Assembly: GCA_011050465.1 (NCBI GenBank)
Contig: DRFQ01000001.1
Coordinates: forward strand, 37,225-101,224
From: Candidatus Nealsonbacteria bacterium
GTDB taxonomy: Bacteria > Patescibacteriota > Minisyncoccia > Minisyncoccales > RBG-13-36-15
DNA length: 64,000 nt
Direction: 5' to 3'
The notes below the pieces were generated by a model. The model was not told the DNA's origin. It saw only the letters and a program-made list of their open reading frames with translations, and ran no database searches. A program made the translations under genes and the position numbers. Shown piece by piece: positions 34,914 to 44,700 of this stretch. Positions within the stretch are counted from its first letter, which is position 1, and every line of letters starts with the position of its first letter.

Positions 34914-35108
34914 TTAGTGTTTAAAACATCTAATATTAGTTAGCGCCATTGGAACTTTATATTTATTACAAAGATTAATTGTCTCTTTATTACGAATAGA
35001 ACCACCCGGCTGAATAATTGCTTTTACTCCTGCCTTAATTAAAATTTCAGGGCCATCCGGGGATGGAAAGAAACCATCGGAGGCAGCCACTAAATTCTTA
35101 AGAGACAC
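34914..35108 (-). pseudogene. purH: C-terminal remnant of PurH (AICAR transformylase end)
   Basis: The 64-aa sequence ...[58 protein letters not shown] matches the extreme C-terminus of PurH. About 270 residues of the transformylase domain are missing, and the frame differs from the upstream part. Confidence 0.65.
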
Positions 35109-35721
35109 TTTTGAAAAATTTAGTTATATTTTTATCGTATTCGGCTGTTCGCTGAAAGACTTTTTTGGCTAGTTCTAATCGAATTTTCTCTGGAATCTCT
35201 TTCTTCTGTTTTAGGACCTTTATAATCATACCATAATCTTCCGGGTCAATGACTACTGCTACATATTTATAATTTTTAGCTGCGGCTCTAATCATTGTTG
35301 GCCCGCCAATGTCGATATTATCAACGGCTTTCTCAAGAATGTAATCTTTTTGAGTAATAACTTTCTCAAAAGGATAAACCCGCCTAAGTTTTGTTTTACA
35401 AAATTTGGGTGGGTAAAGGTTGCAAACTACCATATCAATTGGCTGAATACCCAATTTTTTAGCCTCTTTCTGGTGTCTTAAATTTTTCCGGTCGTAAAGC
35501 AATGCTCCTTCAATCTGGAAAGAAATTGTCTTCATTCTTCCGTCGAAAGCTTCCGGATTCCTGGTAATTTTTTCGATTGGAATTATTTTAATCCCAGTTT
35601 TTTTAAGAATTTTGGCCGTCCCGCCAGTTGATACTATTTCCCAACCTAATTTAGTCAAATTTTTAGCAAAATCGGCTATTCCTATTTTATCCCAGACACT
35701 AATCAAAGCTCGTTTTTTCAT
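35098..35721 (-). CDS. purH: IMP cyclohydrolase (MGS-like) domain of PurH, stand-alone after internal deletion
   Basis: 207 aa with [15 protein letters not shown]...STGGTAK...DGRMKT...NLYP[insert]FEKV...[15 protein letters not shown]. Confidence 0.75.
   Translation of the reverse strand: MKKRALISVWDKIGIADFAKNLTKLGWEIVSTGGTAKILKKTGIKIIPIEKITRNPEAFDGRMKTISFQIEGALLYDRKNLRHQKEAKKLGIQPIDMVVCNLYPPKFCKTKLRRVYPFEKVITQKDYILEKAVDNIDIGGPTMIRAAAKNYKYVAVVIDPEDYGMIIKVLKQKKEIPEKIRLELAKKVFQRTAEYDKNITKFFKSVS
35378..35414. repeat. 37-bp palindromic element inside purH coding sequence
   Basis: ACCCGCCTAAGTTTTGTTTTACAAAATTTGGGTGGGT, translated in-frame as [12 protein letters not shown]. It interrupts the conserved NLYPF motif. 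Confidence 0.85.
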
Positions 35722-36908
35722 TTTCTTTTAAATTTTGACGGCTCCTCCAGTAACATAAAACCTAAAGAAAATATTGCAGCTATTATAAAAGCTATATTAA
35801 TTTTGGGAACAAAAAAGAAGAATATTGCTAAAACTAAAAATAAAAAAAATCTAGAAATATTTATAATTATTTCTCGATAAATTATGAATTCATCGGTTTC
35901 TGCTCCTTTCAGGGCTGCTTTTTCATAAAACAGGGTCTGGAAAGGAATTCCGGCTGTGGTTCGGGAAATTCTATAAAGAGTGTGGGACAGGAAGGCGCCG
36001 AAAGGGGTTACCACAAAGTATTTTATTATCCAGGCCACAGAGGTTAAAAAGGAGCCAATGTTTAAAAGTCTGGGCCGGTTAATGGTGTCAGTCATTTTTC
36101 CCATATATAGAGTAAAAAAGGCTGAAAATCCCAAAGCAAAAGAGGTGATTCCTCCCATAACTGAATATTGGATGGCTAAAATAAACATAAAAATAGGCCA
36201 CAAATAAGCATTCATCGCCACTTCCATACCGTTAAAAGCGAAGGCTAAAGAAGTTTTTCGATTTCCTTTTTTGAAAATTCTGCTCCAGGCCTTTTTATAA
36301 GAATCGGTGTAAATTTCATGAATTTCTTTGGAAAGAAATAAAGGAATGGCAGAGGCAAAAAGGATAATTAACACTACCATAAATAAAACCGGATAGTTAA
36401 AGGCAGTTAAAATCCATCCTCCAATAATTGGACTGACAACGACGGGGACCAACATGGCAATGTTCATTTTCCCTACCTCCATTCCTCGATGATCTTTTTC
36501 CGAAAAACGAGCAAAATCAGTATGAAAGGCTGGCCAAAAAAGAGTCATTCCTAAGACTTTTAAAATGATAGCCAAAGGTATGAATAAAAACGATCGATAA
36601 AGAAAAAATAGGCAGAGATAATATCCAAAGAAAAAAAAGTGACTAAAAAGCATGCTGTGTTTTAACCCGATTTTTGCCATTATTTTTCCTCCATAAACTA
36701 CCAAAATCCCATAAAGACCATGAATTACTCCAAAGAATAAAAGGGTAGAGGGAAGAGATCTCTCAAAATAAAGATAAAGATAAATCGGCTCAAATATTAA
36801 AACCATTCCCAGGGCTAAATAACGGATAGCAACGCTGGCGAAAAACTGACTAGCCTCTCTTTTTAGGAAATAATGTAAAAAATAAATTGGAGAGTAGTGT
36901 ATGGGCAT
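35718..36908 (-). CDS. MFS-type transporter-like polytopic membrane protein
   Basis: 396 aa, about 12 hydrophobic helices in two halves. Overlaps purH by 4 nt. Confidence 0.5.
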   Translation of the reverse strand: MPIHYSPIYFLHYFLKREASQFFASVAIRYLALGMVLIFEPIYLYLYFERSLPSTLLFFGVIHGLYGILVVYGGKIMAKIGLKHSMLFSHFFFFGYYLCLFFLYRSFLFIPLAIILKVLGMTLFWPAFHTDFARFSEKDHRGMEVGKMNIAMLVPVVVSPIIGGWILTAFNYPVLFMVVLIILFASAIPLFLSKEIHEIYTDSYKKAWSRIFKKGNRKTSLAFAFNGMEVAMNAYLWPIFMFILAIQYSVMGGITSFALGFSAFFTLYMGKMTDTINRPRLLNIGSFLTSVAWIIKYFVVTPFGAFLSHTLYRISRTTAGIPFQTLFYEKAALKGAETDEFIIYREIIINISRFFLFLVLAIFFFFVPKINIAFIIAAIFSLGFMLLEEPSKFKRK

Positions 36909-36964
36909 GTTTCTTGATTGTATTTAGTCGAATGAAAAATTAAAAATAAAAAAAATATTTAACT

Positions 36965-38203
36965 TTAAATTTTGAGATTGGCATTGGCCTTTATTCCTTT
37001 CCAGTTTTTTCTCTCGCCCGCTTTCCGGTGGGAACAAGCAGCCCTTGCTATCATTGCTGCATTATCAGTACAGAATTGATTGTCTGGCATTAAGTACCCA
37101 GTGCTTGGTATTTCTTGTTGAATTTTCTCTTTAAGCTGTTTTCTCAACTCTTTGTTCGCCGCCACTCCTCCACTTAGTAATATTGTTTTTACTTTATAAT
37201 GCTTAGCTGCCTTTAGGGTTTTTTTAATTAAAACGTCAATTATTGCTTGTTGAACTTCGACACACATTGCCCGAATAAAGTTCTTATCTTTTCTTTCTTT
37301 GGGTCTTTTGTCTTTGACTTTATACAATACGGCGGTTTTTAATCCAGAAAAACTGAAATCATAATCTTTAGTATAAATCATCGGTCGGGGAAGTTTAATT
37401 TCGAATGCAACCCTACGGGGAGTCCTCTTCGAGTCCAGCAGATTTCGTGCTTCGGATTTCCATCGCCGAGCAAGCTCGGCTATGGCCGGTCCTCCCGGAT
37501 AGCCTAATCCCAAAATCTTAGCCACCTTATCAAAACACTCACCAGCCGCATCATCACGAGTTTCCCCCAGTAATTTATATTCGACCGAAGGGAGAATATC
37601 TCTGGAAGCATATTTCCCAATACTTTCGATTAGAATCAACTGAGTATGGCCGCCAGCAACTGATAAACAAATAGCTGGAAATATATCTTTTTTCTGAATC
37701 TTAATTTCTTCTCTAATAAAGTTGGCAAAAATATGTCCTTCTATATGATTAACCGATATAATTGGCAACTGCCAGTAATAAGAAAGGGCTCTTGCAAAAT
37801 TGATTCCTACCCATAAAGCAGGCTCTAACCCCGGACCTATTGTTATTGCAATAGAATTAATTTTTGGTTTCTTATAATTTGCTAAAAATTTTTCTAACTT
37901 TTTATAGAGATGCTCTTCTCTTGTTAATATTTCTTTAAATTTTTCGAATTTTTTCTTTTGGGCTCTTGATTTATCTTTGACTTTCACTAACATACCGGCT
38001 TTTTTTAATGCTCTTTTTAGAACTGGCACTAAATTTTTCTGATGCTCTCTTTTAGCTAAAGTCGGCACCACTCCTCCCCATTTTTGATGAATCTTTATTT
38101 GGGAGGAAATGATATTAGACAAAATTCTAAAGCGAGACTTCTGACACTTAGCCAAGGCAATGGCTGTTTCATCACAAGAAGTTTCAATAGCAAGAATAAT
38201 CAT
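36965..38203 (-). CDS. tsaD: tRNA N6-adenosine threonylcarbamoyltransferase TsaD (with insertions)
   Basis: 412 aa with ILAIETSCDETA, HIEGH, GYPGGPAI, FSFSGLKT and LSGGVAAN motifs. Confidence 0.9.
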   Translation of the reverse strand: MIILAIETSCDETAIALAKCQKSRFRILSNIISSQIKIHQKWGGVVPTLAKREHQKNLVPVLKRALKKAGMLVKVKDKSRAQKKKFEKFKEILTREEHLYKKLEKFLANYKKPKINSIAITIGPGLEPALWVGINFARALSYYWQLPIISVNHIEGHIFANFIREEIKIQKKDIFPAICLSVAGGHTQLILIESIGKYASRDILPSVEYKLLGETRDDAAGECFDKVAKILGLGYPGGPAIAELARRWKSEARNLLDSKRTPRRVAFEIKLPRPMIYTKDYDFSFSGLKTAVLYKVKDKRPKERKDKNFIRAMCVEVQQAIIDVLIKKTLKAAKHYKVKTILLSGGVAANKELRKQLKEKIQQEIPSTGYLMPDNQFCTDNAAMIARAACSHRKAGERKNWKGIKANANLKI

Positions 38204-38207
38204 ATTT

Positions 38208-38837
38208 TTAAGACCTGATAATTTTTGGCGGGGAAGTGGTTAAATCCAAAACTATAGACGGCTTGCTTTTGGCCAAATTTCCAGCATCAATAATTAAATC
38301 TGGCTGATGTTCCTTTCTCTTAAATTGCCGTAAAACTTCTTTAATATTGCCAGAAGCCGGTTTTCCAGAAATATTAGCCGATGTACCAACGAGAGGTATG
38401 TCTAGTTTTTTTAATAGAAAATTCATTGGTTTAAGGTCTGGAATCCGAAGAGCAATCGTATTTTTAGCTACTCCGTAAATTCTCATTTTTGTTTTTTTAT
38501 TGCCCCGCACCGAATTTTTGCTGGTGCGGAGTCTTTTTAAGACAACTGTTACTCTTCCTGGCCAGACTGTTTCTAAGAACTTTTCCTGTACCTTGTTTAT
38601 TTTGGCTATTTTCTTGGCTGCCTCAATATTCTTGACAAATATGGGAATTGGATTCTTCGGGGAACGTTGTTTTATCTGAAAAACTTTTTTTACGGCTTTC
38701 CTGCTCGTAGCATCGGCTACTGGAATATATACGGTATCAGTGGGGAAAATAATAACCCTACCCTGTTTTAATAAATTAATTACCGAAATCAGCTTTTCTT
38801 TTTCTATCTTCTTAAGGTTAATCTTTATTGTCTGCAT
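38208..38837 (-). CDS. tsaC: L-threonylcarbamoyladenylate synthase (YrdC/Sua5 domain)
   Basis: 209 aa with IIFPTDTVY...GTSANISGKP motifs. Confidence 0.85.
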   Translation of the reverse strand: MQTIKINLKKIEKEKLISVINLLKQGRVIIFPTDTVYIPVADATSRKAVKKVFQIKQRSPKNPIPIFVKNIEAAKKIAKINKVQEKFLETVWPGRVTVVLKRLRTSKNSVRGNKKTKMRIYGVAKNTIALRIPDLKPMNFLLKKLDIPLVGTSANISGKPASGNIKEVLRQFKRKEHQPDLIIDAGNLAKSKPSIVLDLTTSPPKIIRS

Positions 38838-39786
38838 CTTCTAAGAATTCTAAGGCCAACTTAATTGCTCCTATTGCTGGAATTTGCCTTGGCCGAATAA
38901 ATTCAACTTTTGGGGCTATTTTTCTAACTTCTTTTTTTATTTTATTTAAAACAACCGGTGACTTTAAAGTGCTACCCACTAAAACTAAAGGAAAATTCTC
39001 TTTTTCAAAATTCAATTTTTTTATAACCTGGGCTGCAGCTAAGGCTAATTCTTTTCCTCCTTCAATTAAAATATCTTTAGCAATTTTATCTCCTTTCTTG
39101 GCAGCTCTATTGATTAATGGAGATAATAAAGAAATCTGTTCGACAAAATCTTTTTTATAATCAAAGTAAACTCTTTCCATCAATTTCTCTTTTCCCCTGA
39201 TCTTCCATTTTTGAAAAACTAAATCAGTGAGCTTGGTTTCTTCTCCTCTGCCATCGAGCTGTCGGCAGACCATTCTTAAGGCTCTACGACCCAACCAGAA
39301 ACCCGAACCATCATCTCCTAAAAACCAGTCCCAACCGCAAGCCATTTCCTCCTTTCCTTTTTTCCAGCCCATGGCCACAGAACCGGTCCCAGAAATTAAA
39401 ACCACCCCCGCTTTTTTATCGGTACCAGATCTAAAAGCTGCCAGTTGATCCCCCTCAATAATTATTTTTTTATCAGAAAATCGATTAAATTCCGGATATT
39501 CAAGAAGGTTTTTTTTAATTATTGTTTTTTTCTTTTTATCTTTCTCTATACCGGCAGCTAAAGCAAGATAAATTATGGCAATTCTTTCTTTCTGATATTT
39601 TTTTAAAATATTTCCAATCGCCTTTCTTATATTTAAAACCGCTATTTTCATCCCAACCTTTAGAGGATTAGAAGAACCTGTTTCAGCTTTAATCAGAACC
39701 TTACCCCTCAAATTAGCTAGGGCGGCAATTGTCTTTGTTCCTCCTCCGTCTATCCCAATAACATATTGAATTTTTTTTTCTTTCAT
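38818..39786 (-). CDS. BadF/BadG/BcrA/BcrD-type ATPase, N-acetylglucosamine-kinase-like
   Basis: 322 aa with the IGIDGGGTKT phosphate-1 motif, SGTGS and GWDWFLGDDGSG. Confidence 0.7.
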   Translation of the reverse strand: MKEKKIQYVIGIDGGGTKTIAALANLRGKVLIKAETGSSNPLKVGMKIAVLNIRKAIGNILKKYQKERIAIIYLALAAGIEKDKKKKTIIKKNLLEYPEFNRFSDKKIIIEGDQLAAFRSGTDKKAGVVLISGTGSVAMGWKKGKEEMACGWDWFLGDDGSGFWLGRRALRMVCRQLDGRGEETKLTDLVFQKWKIRGKEKLMERVYFDYKKDFVEQISLLSPLINRAAKKGDKIAKDILIEGGKELALAAAQVIKKLNFEKENFPLVLVGSTLKSPVVLNKIKKEVRKIAPKVEFIRPRQIPAIGAIKLALEFLEDADNKD

Positions 39787-39824
39787 TGGCTTTTTTCAGT
39801 ATATCATTTTTTCAGCAACGATAA

Positions 39825-39845
39825 GAGCCCCGAAAAATGGGGCTC
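39825..39845 (-). terminator. hairpin downstream of the nucleotidyltransferase gene
   Basis: GAGCCCC-(7 nt)-GGGGCTC, with a weak U-tract on the minus strand. Confidence 0.4.
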
Positions 39846-39868
39846 ATTGTTGTTAATTAAAAAAGAAA

Positions 39869-41131
39869 TTACTTTCTCTTTTTGACGTTTTTTCTAAATT
39901 GACTATAGAAAATTTGATTATCGGCAACATTTTCCATTACTAAGGAATGGGGGCCAATAATACAATCTGACCCAATTAGAATACCGGGCATTAAAGAAGT
40001 ATTAATTCCTATTGTAACATTTTCTCCAACAATCACTCCCAAAGACTTCAAACCAGTAGTTATCTTCTGTTTCTTGTTTTTAATTTTTATTTCTCCTCGG
40101 TCAATTCTGGCATTGGCGGTAACTGTTCCAGCCCCCACCTTACAACCCCGACTGAAAATAGAATCTCCGAAAAAACCTGAATGAATATGACAATCTTCCT
40201 GAAAAATTGAATTTTTAATCTCGGCTCCTCCTCCAACCAAAGTATTCTCTTCCAAATTAGTATATCCCCTAATCAAAGAATTAGTTCCAATAATGCAATC
40301 TGACCCTATATAACAAGGACCTTTAATTGCAGCTCCTTCAAAAATTTTCACACGTTTACCAATATAAACCTTTCCCTCAATTGTCGCTTTTTTTGAAATT
40401 TTGGCTGTATTATTAAATTTTTTATTTAAAAACTTATCGAAAATACATCTCTCTATTTGAAACAAATGCCAGGGGTATTTTAGGGGAGGAGCAATTTTTT
40501 CGATAACAATTACTCGGATATTGTTTCTTTTGGCGTACAAAGATAAAGCATCTTCAAAGTCGTAGATATTTTTTTTAACCTTCTGATAAACTATAAAAAA
40601 ATCCTGAGATAAAAGATAAACACCAACTACTTTTATATTTGAGAGTGTTTTGCCTCTCTTCGGTTTTTCCACAATATCTACAATCTTGCTGCCTTTGAGT
40701 TTCATTATGCCGTAAAGTTCGGGCTGATCAGTTTTTTGACCGGCTAAAACAGTTTGAATATTAAATTTTTTGCTCGTTGATTTTAATTTTTTAACTATCT
40801 CTCCTCCGTCAACTCGTTCAGCGTTCAAAACAAAAAAAGGACCAGAGATCAAGTTCCTGGCCTGCCAAAGAGCATTGCCCATTCCTTTTGGTTGTTTCTG
40901 ACAAAGATATTTTATTTTTAACCCGCCGAAAAGCTGATAAAGAACAAGTTCCTTTTCAATATCTCTTTTTGGCCCCTGAATAATAATTAAATCTTTTATT
41001 CCTGCTTTTCTTAAGCTTTCTAAAGTATACCAAATCAAAGGCTTGCCCATTATTTTAACGAGACTTTTATGTTTTCGATTTAAGGGCCAAAAACGGGAAG
41101 ACCCGCCGGCAGCTAAAATTACAGCCTGCAT
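39869..41131 (-). CDS. sugar-1-phosphate nucleotidyltransferase with C-terminal left-handed beta-helix (GlmU-like)
   Basis: 420 aa with [15 protein letters not shown] (the NTP-transferase G-x-G-x-R motif) and hexapeptide repeats in the C-terminal third. Confidence 0.75.
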   Translation of the reverse strand: MQAVILAAGGSSRFWPLNRKHKSLVKIMGKPLIWYTLESLRKAGIKDLIIIQGPKRDIEKELVLYQLFGGLKIKYLCQKQPKGMGNALWQARNLISGPFFVLNAERVDGGEIVKKLKSTSKKFNIQTVLAGQKTDQPELYGIMKLKGSKIVDIVEKPKRGKTLSNIKVVGVYLLSQDFFIVYQKVKKNIYDFEDALSLYAKRNNIRVIVIEKIAPPLKYPWHLFQIERCIFDKFLNKKFNNTAKISKKATIEGKVYIGKRVKIFEGAAIKGPCYIGSDCIIGTNSLIRGYTNLEENTLVGGGAEIKNSIFQEDCHIHSGFFGDSIFSRGCKVGAGTVTANARIDRGEIKIKNKKQKITTGLKSLGVIVGENVTIGINTSLMPGILIGSDCIIGPHSLVMENVADNQIFYSQFRKNVKKRK

Positions 41132-41143
41132 AAAAAAATTAAA

Positions 41144-42139
41144 TTAAGAATCAAGGATTTTTAAAAGAGTTTTAGCCAGTTTATTGGGATCGTGACGAAC
41201 AAGCCCATTTTTCCTTAGAAAGTTTCCTTTCATAACCTGGATTTTTCTATTTTTAAGATTATCTTTGCTGCATTTAACAAAAGTTGCTCCTTCTCTTTCA
41301 TACTTTACTACTCTTACCGGTGACGGTCTTTTGTTATTGAAAATAACATAATTTAAAAACTTTCCTCGGACAACATCTCTCCTCTTACGGGAAGGATGAT
41401 CTGACCAACTTAAATATTTCTCAACTTCATCGATAAAATCTGAGCCAGTGAAATTATTTGTTTCTCCGAGCTTAGTCATTAAATTACAAATGTAAACTTT
41501 TTTAGCTCTACTTTTACGAATTGACCTTGATATACTTCTCACTAGAAGGTTGGGGATAATACTTGTATAAAGATCTCCTGGACCAATAACAATTAAATCA
41601 GCTTTCAAAATAGCTAGTCTTGCTTTAGGATTTATTTTAACGTTTGGTTTTAAATAAACTTTTTTAATTTTTAACCTAGCATCGTGTTTGGGAACATCAA
41701 TATTATCCTCACCTTTAATGACCTGGCCGTTTTCCAAGACGGCGTGAAGGTTAGTATCTTGCAAGGTTACCGGGATAACCTCTCCTTTAATATTTAAAAT
41801 TTTTCCTGCCTCCTCAATTGCCTTTTCAAAGTCTCCTTTTATCCTTTCCAGGGCAGTAATGAAAAGATTGCCGAAACTATGACCGGCCAACCCTCCCTTT
41901 TTGAAGCGGTAATTAAAAAGGCTGGCTAATACTCTTTCTGATTGGGAAAGAGCGACCAAGGCTCTTCTAACATCGCCTGGAGGTAAAATGCCAAAATCTT
42001 CTCTTAAAATCCGAGAAGATCCCCCATTGTCAGCCATTGTCACAATAGCTGAAAGGTTAACCGGATATTTTTTTAAACCAGAAAGAACCGTATACACTCC
42101 TGTCCCTCCTCCGATGACCACAATATTTTTTTTAATCAT
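41144..42139 (-). CDS. yvcK: YvcK/CofD-family (UPF0052) gluconeogenesis/cell-shape factor
   Basis: 331 aa with VVIGGGTGVYTVLSGLK...MADNGGSS...GHSFGNLF motifs. Confidence 0.85.
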   Translation of the reverse strand: MIKKNIVVIGGGTGVYTVLSGLKKYPVNLSAIVTMADNGGSSRILREDFGILPPGDVRRALVALSQSERVLASLFNYRFKKGGLAGHSFGNLFITALERIKGDFEKAIEEAGKILNIKGEVIPVTLQDTNLHAVLENGQVIKGEDNIDVPKHDARLKIKKVYLKPNVKINPKARLAILKADLIVIGPGDLYTSIIPNLLVRSISRSIRKSRAKKVYICNLMTKLGETNNFTGSDFIDEVEKYLSWSDHPSRKRRDVVRGKFLNYVIFNNKRPSPVRVVKYEREGATFVKCSKDNLKNRKIQVMKGNFLRKNGLVRHDPNKLAKTLLKILDS

Positions 42140-42149
42140 ATTTTAGCTT

Positions 42150-43022
42150 TTATTTAAACTCGTTGGTAACGGCCTTCCACTCTATTTTCCTTTTAACGGT
42201 ATGCCAGGGTTTCTTAAAATGAGGCCATTGATCTTCGAAAATCGCTCTTTCTTTTTTATAAAAAACGCCTATTGGCACTCTTTTATTTTTATCAAATCCG
42301 TAATCCCATTCCTTGGATTTCTTTAAGGCCTCTCTGAGATTTTTAGAATCGTGATTTTGGCTTCCTATCTTATAAATATTTTTTTGAAAATACGGAATAA
42401 CGTTATGAAAAATTATACAAGGCTGCAAGACGTCAATAAAAGAGAATCCCTTATGGTTTATTGCCTCTTTTATAAGATTCTTCAAGTGAAGAATATCTAA
42501 AGCGTAGCCTCTGGCAACAAAACTTGCTTGACTTTCAAGGGCCATGGCAATGGGGTTTAATGGCGTTTCGGCTACACCAAAGGGGGTTGAAGCTCCGGTG
42601 AATCCTTTCTCTGAAGTTGGAGTGGCTTGACCGGTAGTTAAAGAAAAAACCTGGTTATTGTGAACAATCATTGTAATATCTGTATTATAACGGCTCGCAT
42701 GAATAAAATGGGAAATGCCTTCAGCATAAGTGTCGCCATCTCCGCCAAAACCAATAACCGTTAACTGACGATTAGAGATTTTAGTTCCCAGGCAAACCGG
42801 TAAAACCCTGCCGTGAATTCCGTAAAAACCATTTACATTAATGTAATCATAAATTTTGGCATGGCAGCCAATACCGGTTACAATCACCACATCTTTGGCT
42901 TGGATTTTTCCTTCATTAACTAAATCAGCCATTGCCTCTCTGGCAGCGCTAAGAATTCCATTGTCCGGACATCCCGGACACCAAGTAATTTCTTCTTTTG
43001 TTTTTAAATTTTCAGCTTTCAT
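42150..43022 (-). CDS. 2-oxoacid:ferredoxin oxidoreductase, beta (TPP-binding) subunit
   Basis: 290 aa with WCPGCPDNGIL and GFGGDGDTYAEG TPP motifs. Confidence 0.9.
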   Translation of the reverse strand: MKAENLKTKEEITWCPGCPDNGILSAAREAMADLVNEGKIQAKDVVIVTGIGCHAKIYDYINVNGFYGIHGRVLPVCLGTKISNRQLTVIGFGGDGDTYAEGISHFIHASRYNTDITMIVHNNQVFSLTTGQATPTSEKGFTGASTPFGVAETPLNPIAMALESQASFVARGYALDILHLKNLIKEAINHKGFSFIDVLQPCIIFHNVIPYFQKNIYKIGSQNHDSKNLREALKKSKEWDYGFDKNKRVPIGVFYKKERAIFEDQWPHFKKPWHTVKRKIEWKAVTNEFK

Positions 43023-44659
43023 GATTTTTGTTTTATTTCTTGAACCAAAATATCAGGAGTAAAAGGTCGGCCATCGTATTTGAGAACCTTATTTTGAACA
43101 ATTAGGCCTGTTTGTTCGGTAATTACGTCGGCCAAAAGTCCCGTGACGCTGTTTTCAACTAAGAAAACTTTTTTAGATTTCTTCATTTCTCTTGCCACCG
43201 CCTCTCTCGGAAATGGATCAATATAAGAAACCTGTAAAAATCTAAAATCCTTTAATCTGGGTAAAGCATCAATTATTGCGCCTTTGGTTGAACCCCAGCT
43301 AATCAATAAATTTCTTCCTTTACCGTATAAAGAAACAGGCTTCATTGCTCTGATTTCTTTAACAAAATAATGATTTTTTTTGAGACGATTATCACTCATT
43401 TTAATAATTGAATCAGGGTCTTCAACAGTATGACCATATTCGTCGTGTTCATAGCCTGTAGCCCGGCTAACTGGACCTTGCCCCGGAACAGCTCTAAGAG
43501 ATATCCCCTTTTTAGTAATCTGGTAGCTTTTATATTTTCTCCCCGGATTTTGAAGAATAAATCTTCGGCTGCTTATCCGACTTTTCTTCATTTCATCAAA
43601 ACTATAATTGCTTTCCCCTAAGTGTTTATCTCCTAAAATTATTACTAAAGCTCTGTATTTTGACGATAAATAAAAAGCTTCCTGGATTCTTATTATAGTC
43701 TCTTGGGGGTCGCCCGGGGCAACAACAATTTTTGGAAATTCGCCGTGCCCACAGTTTAAGGCGAATTTTAAATCACCCTGACCCGTGTAGGTTGGTACTC
43801 CGGTTGAAGGAGCTGTTCTTTGTGCCAAATAAACCACCAGCGGCAGCTCTGCCATTCCAGCTAAGCTTAAAGTTTCGGTCATTAAAGCAAAACCGCCCCC
43901 CGAGGTACCAACCATCACCTTGGCTCCGGCAAAGGAAGAACCTAAAGCCGCATTAACCACTCCAATTTCGTTTTCTAACTGAGCCACTAAAATATTATAT
44001 TTTAATTGTTTCTTAGCTAAAAAGTGCAAAACGGGGGTAGCCGGAGTCATTGGATAGGCCAAATAAATATCCATTCCAGAGGCTAAAGCTCCCAGAGATA
44101 TTCCTTCGTTTCCTGTAAAAAAATATTTCCGGGGTCCTATCTTTTTGACATTTTCTCGCTTTTTGGCCAAATTACAACCTTCTTCTATTGCTTTTTTTAT
44201 TAAACCGTTTTTCCCTTTAAATTCTTTTTCTGCAGCATCAAATAAAACTTGCTCGTCAACTCCCAGATATTTTAAAAGATAACCTATGAAGATATCGTTT
44301 CCTAAAATCTTGGGGCCTTTTATTTTGTTTAGAATTGTCTCAATATCAAGCGAATGCATCCTTTTTCCTTTCAGACCCTTGCTTCCGATAACGAAACCCT
44401 CTTTATTAAGGTTTTTCTGGTGTAAATTTATGGTATTTTGATCCAAGGCCAGAATAATGTCATATTTTTCTCTGTGGGAGTAAACTGGTTTGTCAGAAAT
44501 TCTTAAAATATTAAAATTATGCCCTCCTCTTATTAAAGAAGGGTAATCCCGATAATTAAAAACATAATAACCCAAATTACAGAATACTTTTCCTATAAAA
44601 TAGGAAGTGACGGCTGAACCTTGGCCGGCTTTTCCTCCAATTAAAATTATTTTTTCCAT
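43019..44659 (-). CDS. 2-oxoacid:ferredoxin oxidoreductase, fused gamma-alpha subunit
   Basis: 546 aa. An N-terminal gamma-like domain (GGKAGQG) is followed by the alpha domain (YPMTPATP). It overlaps the beta subunit by 4 nt. Confidence 0.9.
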   Translation of the reverse strand: MEKIILIGGKAGQGSAVTSYFIGKVFCNLGYYVFNYRDYPSLIRGGHNFNILRISDKPVYSHREKYDIILALDQNTINLHQKNLNKEGFVIGSKGLKGKRMHSLDIETILNKIKGPKILGNDIFIGYLLKYLGVDEQVLFDAAEKEFKGKNGLIKKAIEEGCNLAKKRENVKKIGPRKYFFTGNEGISLGALASGMDIYLAYPMTPATPVLHFLAKKQLKYNILVAQLENEIGVVNAALGSSFAGAKVMVGTSGGGFALMTETLSLAGMAELPLVVYLAQRTAPSTGVPTYTGQGDLKFALNCGHGEFPKIVVAPGDPQETIIRIQEAFYLSSKYRALVIILGDKHLGESNYSFDEMKKSRISSRRFILQNPGRKYKSYQITKKGISLRAVPGQGPVSRATGYEHDEYGHTVEDPDSIIKMSDNRLKKNHYFVKEIRAMKPVSLYGKGRNLLISWGSTKGAIIDALPRLKDFRFLQVSYIDPFPREAVAREMKKSKKVFLVENSVTGLLADVITEQTGLIVQNKVLKYDGRPFTPDILVQEIKQKS

Positions 44660-44700
44660 ATTAAGGCAATAGCATCACAAATATTGGGGCTAATTACAGT

